Assembly: GCA_900617105.1 (NCBI GenBank)
Contig: UYFQ01000010.1
Location: 62,001-126,000 of the forward strand
DNA length: 64,000 nucleotides
Source: Hydrurus foetidus
Taxonomy: Eukaryota
Reading direction: 5' to 3'
The notes beneath the pieces are model-generated. The model saw only the letters and a program-made list of their open reading frames with translations. It did no database searches and was not told the DNA's origin. Numbering within the stretch: position 1 is the stretch's first letter; each line of letters starts with the position of its first letter. Positions 18,038 through 24,483 of the stretch are shown here, piece by piece. Made by a program: the position numbers and the translations under genes.

Positions 18038-18693
18038 TCGCCATGGACAAGCTCATTGTGGAGCCCTACGCGGGCATCGTTACCGACAAGATGGAGGCGC
18101 AGAGGCTTCGACTTGGTGGTCACGAGCTGTTTGCGCAACGGGTTGTCGTCACGGACTCTGTGCCTAGCACGCAGATCCTAACCTTGTCGGGCGTTGCGGT
18201 GGAAGCCGGGAGAACCATCAACATTATTTTGTGCTCCGAGGTCTACCAGTTTGTGTACGACCCTACCCTGCAATTCCGTGTGGACGGCACCACGGTGGCT
18301 ACCCGAACTTACAGGTTTCCGAACGACACCCAGACCGTCGACTTTTACATACCCGCGTACCCCAATCCGGTGTCGGTAGTGCTGGGGGGGTGTGAGTATC
18401 TCTTTGACAGGTTCACTCACGCCAACTACAGGAAGGGTGACACCCCATTCCTCGGGGCAGCCTACACACCAACCCACATTTTCGCGGGCTGCGAAAGCGC
18501 GAATGGGCGTGGGTCTATCTATGTAAACGAGCAGTATTACTCGGATTTCAACGTCGAACAGCACCTCGTCTACGGCGGCAGCTTCCGATACCAGATCATG
18601 CAGCCGTACACACCCACGACTACAGGGGTTGTTGACATCTCTGTTTTTGGCCTGGCCATAGGCCGCTACGCCGCGCTAAGGGTTCGACAATGA
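18034..18693 (+). CDS. Putative tail-tip / receptor-binding accessory protein 2
   Basis: ATGA overlap; N-terminus MIAMDKL similar to neighbours; aromatic-rich beta domains. Confidence 0.6.
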   Translation: MIAMDKLIVEPYAGIVTDKMEAQRLRLGGHELFAQRVVVTDSVPSTQILTLSGVAVEAGRTINIILCSEVYQFVYDPTLQFRVDGTTVATRTYRFPNDTQTVDFYIPAYPNPVSVVLGGCEYLFDRFTHANYRKGDTPFLGAAYTPTHIFAGCESANGRGSIYVNEQYYSDFNVEQHLVYGGSFRYQIMQPYTPTTTGVVDISVFGLAIGRYAALRVRQ

Positions 18694-19112
18694 TCCATCT
18701 GGACAAACTATCCGTGACGGTTTCGCGGGGGCTCAACGTGGAGGGGGCCCGAGTCGAAGACCTGAAGCTGGCGGGGGCGTCTATAGGGCAGACGATATTC
18801 ACTTACCCGGTGGGAACGGTCTCACTGTATCTTGACGAGTCTGTGGACATCTGCTTCGTCGAGATACCCCCGAACGTGGGGGGTATGGTTATTCAGTGCT
18901 CCTACGGGGCGTACACGGGAAATCCCGCCTTCAAGATAGCGGACGCAGGCGGGGGAGTAGTGGCCCCATTCCAGCACCCAGGCGAGGGCTACTTCGAGCA
19001 TGTCACCACCGGCAGCGTGTATATCAAGCTCGCCCGCGCGAGCAACACGGCCTACAACCCACCGCTGACCCTGACGGTTTCTGATATTCGAGTAGTGCTG
19101 AGCTTGTTCTAG
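18690..19112 (+). CDS. Putative tail-tip / receptor-binding accessory protein 3
   Basis: ATGA overlap; N-terminus MIHLDKL...VEDLKLAG. Confidence 0.6.
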   Translation: MIHLDKLSVTVSRGLNVEGARVEDLKLAGASIGQTIFTYPVGTVSLYLDESVDICFVEIPPNVGGMVIQCSYGAYTGNPAFKIADAGGGVVAPFQHPGEGYFEHVTTGSVYIKLARASNTAYNPPLTLTVSDIRVVLSLF

Positions 19113-19118
19113 TCAGCA

Positions 19119-19152
19119 GGGATTTACTTTACGCCCCCAGCGCGGCCAGTAT
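19119..19152 (+). promoter_or_regulatory. Phage promoter-like motif, copy 3 (upstream of lysis cassette)
   Basis: GGGA-TTTACT-N18-CAGTAT in intergenic DNA. Confidence 0.7.
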
Positions 19153-19210
19153 CCGAGGCTACTCACTCGGAGCTGACTCATGCGCGTACAAGAAAACCAA
19201 GGGGGCCGCA

Positions 19211-19615
19211 ATGCCTGAACCAACTTCCTCGACCGGGGCCGCTGGCTTCGCTGCTTTCAAACTGATGGGGGGTGCTGCGGGCATCGCTGCCGGTGGCGCC
19301 GGCCTGGCGGCCTTGGTGGTCATGCTGATGACCAAGCCGCGCTCCGCAGAGGAGTGGACGGTAGGCCTGATCTCCACCGTCATGGGCTCGATCACTGGTG
19401 GCGCCGTCCTCATCACCTATTTCAACCTCCAGACCTGGATGGACACTCCAGTAGGCCTTGTCGCCGTGCTTGGACTCGTGTTTGCCTCAGGCCTGCCAGC
19501 CTGGGCCCTAGTGCGCAGCTTCTTCACCTGGCTTGAGCGCCGCAAGGGCAAAGATATTGGTGAGCTGTACCAGGACGCAAAGAAAGATTTTGGGGGCCAA
19601 GATGGTAACGCTTGA
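19211..19615 (+). CDS. Putative holin
   Basis: MPEPTSS start, three hydrophobic segments, charged C-terminus, upstream of endolysin. Confidence 0.75.
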   Translation: MPEPTSSTGAAGFAAFKLMGGAAGIAAGGAGLAALVVMLMTKPRSAEEWTVGLISTVMGSITGGAVLITYFNLQTWMDTPVGLVAVLGLVFASGLPAWALVRSFFTWLERRKGKDIGELYQDAKKDFGGQDGNA

Positions 19616-20015
19616 GCAGTACGTCGGCCCCCATGCCGACAGCCCTGATTGGACCGACGAGCGCGAGGCTAACGCTGTCGAGCTGCTGGAGAAGGTAAAC
19701 GCTCTGCAAGCCGAGATGGAGGCTGACGGCGTCGTGTTCCCCGTGAACCCGAAGACCGGCAGCCAGATCTCGGGCACCACCTTCGGCGGCTTCCGCCCAC
19801 AGGACTGCCCACAGGGCGCCCCGGACTCCAACCACAAGAAGGGTCAGGGCATCGACCTGTACGACCCGAAGGAGCGGATCGACAACTGGTGCGTGGCGCA
19901 CCAAGACCACCTGAAGTTCCACGGCATTTGCATCGAGCACCCCAGCAAGACCGGCACCTGGTCGCACTGGCAGAGCGTTCCGCCCAAATCCGGGAAGACT
20001 GTCTATTTTCCCTAG
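19602..20015 (+). CDS. Endolysin, peptidase M15 family
   Basis: GGFRP...SNHKKGQGID...WSHW zinc-binding pattern (H-x6-D...H); ATG at 19602 after GGGGG. Confidence 0.85.
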   Translation: MVTLEQYVGPHADSPDWTDEREANAVELLEKVNALQAEMEADGVVFPVNPKTGSQISGTTFGGFRPQDCPQGAPDSNHKKGQGIDLYDPKERIDNWCVAHQDHLKFHGICIEHPSKTGTWSHWQSVPPKSGKTVYFP

Positions 20016-20394
20016 GCCGCCAGCCAAGCGCACTTACAACAGGCTGCCTGACGGGGAGGCAGCCTTCAACGAGCTATTTGGCAGCTACCGGAGCCGGGCG
20101 AAAAAGCGGGGGATTCCATTTGAGCTGACACGGGTCCAGTTTGTGGCTCTTACTAAGTTGGGCTGCCACTACTGCGGACAACCGCCCAGTGCGGTTTGGA
20201 AGTTGCGCGCTGAGCGCGCGGACAGTGGAGCCTATCTTTACAACGGGGTGGATCGGATCTCATCAGACGGAGGGTATGTGGAAGACAACGTAATTACCTG
20301 CTGCGGACCCTGCAACTACATGAAGTCTGATCTCCCCATTGTTGAATTTATTGACCATGTGAAGCGCATAGCGCTTCGGATGCAGGAGGGCTGA
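20011..20394 (+). CDS. HNH/His-Me endonuclease-like domain; coding signal begins well upstream of the first canonical start (GTG 20143)
   Basis: YRSRAKKRGIPFELT...CHYCG...NGVDRISSDGGYVEDNVITCCGPCNYMK. Confidence 0.75.
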   Translation, partial: PRPPAKRTYNRLPDGEAAFNELFGSYRSRAKKRGIPFELTRVQFVALTKLGCHYCGQPPSAVWKLRAERADSGAYLYNGVDRISSDGGYVEDNVITCCGPCNYMKSDLPIVEFIDHVKRIALRMQEG

Positions 20395-20395
20395 G

Positions 20396-20878
20396 ATGCT
20401 GAGCTTGCCAAATTGGAGATGGGTAGTGGGGGTGGCTTTGGCCGCCTTTTTGGCGTTTGCACTGTGGAAGGCCTACGACCTTGGCGGTGCGCCCGCGCGC
20501 GAGCAGGCGCAGGCCGAACGCTTGGAGACTGCCAAGAAGACCATCAGGTTGCTGGACAAGGTCAGTCACGACTCCTCGGAATTACAGGCAGGCGCGGACG
20601 CGCTCGGAAAGGTGAAAAATGAAAAAATTGATCAGCTCAATACTCGCAACGCTGTGCTTGCTGAGCGCCTGCGCCAGCGCCCCGCCCGTCCAAGTGCAGC
20701 AGATCTGCCCACGAGTCCCAGCCCTGGACCAACCCTCGGCCGAACTGGAGCCGAGCTTTACCGAGAGGATGGAATCTTTCTTAGCGGGGAATCTGCCAGA
20801 GCCCAAGCTGCCCTCATATACCTTGCCCAATGCCAAGCTGCCTACGCAAGTGTCAGAGCCAAAGTGAACGGCGAGTAG
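20396..20878 (+). CDS. Inner-membrane spanin (Rz-like)
   Basis: N-terminal TM segment followed by coiled coil; in lysis cassette. Confidence 0.8.
   Translation: MLSLPNWRWVVGVALAAFLAFALWKAYDLGGAPAREQAQAERLETAKKTIRLLDKVSHDSSELQAGADALGKVKNEKIDQLNTRNAVLAERLRQRPARPSAADLPTSPSPGPTLGRTGAELYREDGIFLSGESARAQAALIYLAQCQAAYASVRAKVNGE
20619..20867 (+). CDS. Outer-membrane spanin lipoprotein (Rz1-like), fully embedded in Rz
   Basis: MKK signal peptide, lipobox LSAC, Pro-rich mature part; AGGTGA RBS; +1 frame of Rz. Confidence 0.85.
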   Translation: MKKLISSILATLCLLSACASAPPVQVQQICPRVPALDQPSAELEPSFTERMESFLAGNLPEPKLPSYTLPNAKLPTQVSEPK

Positions 20879-20881
20879 GTC

Positions 20882-20914
20882 GGGATTTACTTTCTAGGGT
20901 GTTGAGTCCAGTCT
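20882..20914 (+). promoter_or_regulatory. Phage promoter-like motif, copy 4 (upstream of SGNH gene)
   Basis: GGGA-TTTACT-N17-CAGTCT in intergenic DNA. Confidence 0.7.
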
Positions 20915-20938
20915 TCGCGGAATACTCTAGGACTTCCA

Positions 20939-22450
20939 ATGACCCGCACACGCAGTATTCGGCCGGATGACAAACTCGTCCTTGACGACTTCGACAACAT
21001 CATCGGCATCGAGGATTCCAACGGGTCGCGTCGGTCGGTATTTCCGAGGTCAATTACTGAGCCCCTCACCGGAGAGATTGCGGGATTTAGCACGCCTACT
21101 GGCAAAAGCGTTCAGGTTATTTTCCGCAATGCCGGTTATCAAGGTGCGATTATTGGTGACTCAATCGGGGCAAATTGCTCTAACAAGTCCCCGCTCACCA
21201 ATCTATTCTCCAGCATAAAAAGCTGGGTTCACTGGGGTTTAGCCTTTCACGGTGGCGACATTGCTGTAGAGCCAGCAAATAATTTCGCGGTTGGCGGCTC
21301 ATCTTCTGCTGATGCCTTGGTGCAGGTGGATTCAGCTATCGCGGCTGGCGTTCATGTTTGCTTTATCCAGACCGGAATTAACGACCCTACTTTTGGCTTT
21401 ACGCTCACACAGTCACTGACGAACATTAAAAAGATTGTTTCAAAGCTGAAAGGCTCTGGAATCATCCCCGTCATTCGCCTGAATAGCCCCAACGGAGCTG
21501 CTGGGTGGACAACAGCAATGCGTAGACAGTCGATGCAGTTCAATGAGGAAGTTAAGTCGTATTGGGGAAATGCAGGGTCTGGTGTTGGTGTGCATGACCC
21601 ATACCCGCTTTACCTTGACACCTCGCTAACAACATCAAACCCTAGAGCGGCTTTGGTAAATGCAGATTTGCTGCACCCAGAGGGTGTTGGAGCCGCGCAG
21701 GAGGGGCCAAGTCTTGCAAATGTCTTGACCCAGCTAGGCTTCCCTCCGCGCAGAGTCACTAATTGGGGGGCTGCTGATGCGTTTGATAAGGCTGGAAACC
21801 CCTTGGGTAATTTGCTTAACAATGACGCTGGCCTTAGCTACGGAGCGCTTACAGGAACAACCGGAACTTGTAATGGCATAGCCCCCGCTGGAATTTATGC
21901 TGGCTCAGTTGTTGCAACGGGTTGGGACATCACAGAAATTACCGGAACCACCGCGCTTGTGGCTTCTATCGAGGACACACCAATACTTGTGAATGGGTTG
22001 GCTTCTGGGGCAACGTATAAACGACAAGTTATTACCTTCACACCTGTTGCTGGCGACACGGTTCGTTTCCGCTCACTATTCGGCTCCATAACTAACGCAG
22101 GTAGATTTTTGGCGGTAGGGGACTCGGTGTTTTGCGAAATTGAATGTGAGGTGATTGCTGCTAACGCAAACGGGGGTCTTGCCAACATCCACTTGCTTGG
22201 GACAACAGGGGGTAATTTCCAAGCAATGAATGGCCTGTTTGACCAAGCTGGTGCATCTGGCCTGCTACCAATTTCCAACCAAGGAAAATTTGTAATACGA
22301 ACCTCGCTAGGTACGCTTGTTTCTGGCTTTACTGGTTACATCTTTGATGCTCAGTTCAAGGTGGCAACAGGCTCCACTGGTGCTGTCACTGTGAAATTCG
22401 GAATGCCTCGATTGGTCAAGCAGTCCGCGCTTGCGCTTGCAGCTCTTTAA
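20939..22450 (+). CDS. SGNH/GDSL hydrolase (esterase/deacetylase) with C-terminal beta domain
   Basis: Blocks IIGDSI, AVGGS, GINDP and DLLHP. Confidence 0.85.
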   Translation: MTRTRSIRPDDKLVLDDFDNIIGIEDSNGSRRSVFPRSITEPLTGEIAGFSTPTGKSVQVIFRNAGYQGAIIGDSIGANCSNKSPLTNLFSSIKSWVHWGLAFHGGDIAVEPANNFAVGGSSSADALVQVDSAIAAGVHVCFIQTGINDPTFGFTLTQSLTNIKKIVSKLKGSGIIPVIRLNSPNGAAGWTTAMRRQSMQFNEEVKSYWGNAGSGVGVHDPYPLYLDTSLTTSNPRAALVNADLLHPEGVGAAQEGPSLANVLTQLGFPPRRVTNWGAADAFDKAGNPLGNLLNNDAGLSYGALTGTTGTCNGIAPAGIYAGSVVATGWDITEITGTTALVASIEDTPILVNGLASGATYKRQVITFTPVAGDTVRFRSLFGSITNAGRFLAVGDSVFCEIECEVIAANANGGLANIHLLGTTGGNFQAMNGLFDQAGASGLLPISNQGKFVIRTSLGTLVSGFTGYIFDAQFKVATGSTGAVTVKFGMPRLVKQSALALAAL

Positions 22451-22467
22451 CCCATCCCCTCATCACG

Positions 22468-23370
22468 GTGTCCTTCCTGTCCAAGACCTTGGGGCGCATT
22501 GCCCCGAGGTACAAGACCCTAAATGAGTGGGCCGACATTTACCGCCAACTGGTGGCGGGTCGGCCCATCACAGACAAGACCAAGGCCAACCGGCGAGGGG
22601 CTCTGAAGCACGTACTTGCGGGCCTGGGTGATCGCACAATATCCTCAGTTCGACCCCATGAGGTATCTGCCCTGATACAGCGTATAGCGGTGCAACACCC
22701 TCAGACTGCGAAGCGGGCTTTGTTTGAAGCTGCTGACCTGTTCAATGAGGCCGTCAACTATGGCTGGATCGACCGCAACCCAGCATCGACAGTGAAGGCC
22801 CCGATTGTGCGGGTGCAGCGCAAGCGGCTGACTTTGGAGCACTGGCAGTCAATCAGAGGGCACGCGGTCGAACATATGCCGCCCTGGGTAGCCCGGATGA
22901 TGACGCTGGCCCTGGTGACCGGGCAGCGGCGTAGCGACATTGTAAAAATGCGGTTTTCCGATGTCTGGGATGACCACCTCCACATCGAGCAGGCAAAGAC
23001 CGGCACACGGCTTGCCATACCTCTGGCGCTCCAACTCAATGCACTAGGCACCACGCTGGCCGATGCCATCGAAGACTGCCGGGGTTACGTGGTAGGCACT
23101 GAATTCATGCTGCGCAAACACAATGGCGGGAGGTTGGTCGACTCATCTCTGTCAGCACGGTTCGAGGAGGCCCGCGAAGCCGTGCTACCAAGCGCCACCG
23201 GCATCCCCGCGTCACTGCATGAATGCCGATCGCTCTCAGAACGCTTGTACCGCGCCCAAGGAATCAACACCATGACACTGCTGGGCCACAAGCATCAGGC
23301 CATGACCGACGTTTACAACGACGACCGCGGGCTATCTAGGGGTCAATGGAAAACGTTGCTGCTGGCATAG
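22468..23370 (+). CDS. int: Lambda-type tyrosine recombinase/integrase lacking N-terminal arm-binding domain
   Basis: VTGQRRSD, EQAKTG, HECRSLS, LLGHK and YNDDRG match lambda Int catalytic motifs; 300 aa. Confidence 0.85.
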   Translation: MSFLSKTLGRIAPRYKTLNEWADIYRQLVAGRPITDKTKANRRGALKHVLAGLGDRTISSVRPHEVSALIQRIAVQHPQTAKRALFEAADLFNEAVNYGWIDRNPASTVKAPIVRVQRKRLTLEHWQSIRGHAVEHMPPWVARMMTLALVTGQRRSDIVKMRFSDVWDDHLHIEQAKTGTRLAIPLALQLNALGTTLADAIEDCRGYVVGTEFMLRKHNGGRLVDSSLSARFEEAREAVLPSATGIPASLHECRSLSERLYRAQGINTMTLLGHKHQAMTDVYNDDRGLSRGQWKTLLLA

Positions 23371-23521
23371 TTCATTCTCCAACCCGCTACGGCGGGCTCC
23401 CAACGCTGGTACATTAATGCCCGACAACGGCGACGACAGAGGCGCAGGCGGTGTGGCAGGAGGGTGGCGGAGGTGCAAACCCCCGCAAAGCCCCTGTTTA
23501 CAGGGCTTCCGAGACGGGGTG

Positions 23522-23569
23522 CGGATTGCAAATCCGGTTAGCGCGGTTCGACTCCGCGCCGCGCCTCCA
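23522..23569 (+). pseudogene. 3' fragment of tRNA-Cys(GCA) = prophage attR
   Basis: CGGA-TTGCAAA-TCCGG anticodon arm, GGTTCGACTCC T-loop and CCA end; no 5' acceptor strand or D arm upstream. Confidence 0.9.
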
Positions 23570-23588
23570 GATATTTCTGGTTTAAAAC

Positions 23589-23620
23589 GCCTCGTTAACC
23601 TCGGTTGGCGGGGCTTTTTT
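23589..23620 (+). terminator. Hairpin with U-tract after tRNA-Cys fragment
   Basis: GCCTCGTTAACC-TC-GGTTGGCGGGGC-TTTTTT. Confidence 0.6.
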
Positions 23621-23640
23621 GTTTGACAATAGGCCCACGT

Positions 23641-23733
23641 GCCTGAGTGGTGAAATAGGTAGACACATCGGACTTAAAATCCGCCGCTTCGTGAATAACG
23701 GGCGTACCGGTTCGATTCCGGTCTCAGGCACCA
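23641..23733 (+). tRNA. tRNA-Leu(TAA)
   Basis: GCCTGAG/CTCAGGC acceptor stem, CTTAAAA anticodon loop, long variable arm, GGTTCGATTCC, CCA. Confidence 0.95.
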
Positions 23734-23746
23734 ATTATTTACACCT

Positions 23747-24376
23747 ATGTCCAACTACAACGCCCCCTTCGAAATTCACGTGCACGGTCAAGTGCTGTTG
23801 CGAGACGATGTGACATTTGTGAATCTGCAAGACGCGTTAAAGCCCATGTGGAAATATGCGGGTGCCAAATCTCTTGCCGATGGCGCCAAGAGTAGCTACG
23901 AAGATGAACCCGGTATCCAGCTCGATGCACATGACCACGTGTTGCAGATGTGCTGGACCGTGGCGGGCGACGAAGACTTTCGCCAAACACTGGACGAGGT
24001 CTGCATGAACCTCAACGAGTTGGCTAATGCGGGGGCCGCCATCGAAATCACTTTTTACGATACCGAATTTGACGAAGAAGAAGGTCCAACCGGCGCGCAG
24101 TCTCGCGATGACTTCGTGGTGTTGTTTGTGGGGCCAAATCCTGCGGCGATCATGCAGGTACAGCGTGACCTGTTGGTTCAGGATGTCATCAATATGATGG
24201 AGCGCCATTTTGATGGTGCTGAGCTGGGCGGTGTGGTGGCAGAGGTCGACAAGTTGTTCGCGCAGCGATTCGATGACCTGGTGACCTCGCTGGAACTTGG
24301 CAAACCCCCACGCGGCTCCGGCGGTGGTTTGGGGGGCGGCCATGGCGGGGGCAGAAAGCCGCGTCATTTGCACTAA
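23747..24376 (+). CDS. Conserved hypothetical protein
   Basis: 209 aa acidic ORF with host-like codon usage. Confidence 0.75.
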   Translation: MSNYNAPFEIHVHGQVLLRDDVTFVNLQDALKPMWKYAGAKSLADGAKSSYEDEPGIQLDAHDHVLQMCWTVAGDEDFRQTLDEVCMNLNELANAGAAIEITFYDTEFDEEEGPTGAQSRDDFVVLFVGPNPAAIMQVQRDLLVQDVINMMERHFDGAELGGVVAEVDKLFAQRFDDLVTSLELGKPPRGSGGGLGGGHGGGRKPRHLH

Positions 24377-24483
24377 AGGGCAAACCATACTGTGGTCTGG
24401 TGCATGAGGCCTTTATACTGGTTTTGGCACAGGGCAGCGCTTGAATTGCGCCCTTACGATCGTTGGTGACTTCGCAGACATCT

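Larger units (their letters stand above)
1..23569 (+). mobile_element. Prophage, right part (long non-contractile tail), integrated in tRNA-Cys; left end lies outside the window
   Basis: Co-oriented head-tail-lysis-integrase gene order ending at a 3' tRNA-Cys fragment; tail tube and tape measure present, no sheath gene recognised. Confidence 0.95.

Noticed and set aside
21082..21115. GGGATTTAG as a further promoter-motif copy
   Set aside because: Only 8 bases match and there is no CAGT element at the right spacing.
13212..22450. Diversity-generating retroelement or retron
   Set aside because: No reverse transcriptase motifs and no template/variable repeat pair seen in the window.
22440..22470. 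Frameshift fusion of SGNH protein and integrase
   Set aside because: The integrase is in the -1 frame and no X-XXY-YYZ heptamer is present; a +1 slip at CTT-TAA would give the wrong frame.
16400..23370. Shufflon/invertible tail-fibre system driven by the arm-less recombinase
   Set aside because: All candidate genes are on the + strand with their own starts; I found no inverted cassettes or repeated crossover sites by eye.
23495..23569. Intact tRNA-Cys
   Set aside because: No 5' acceptor strand or D arm; treated as an att fragment.
23417..23813. ORFs 23417-23626 and 23619-23813
   Set aside because: They overlap attR and tRNA-Leu; shadow ORFs.
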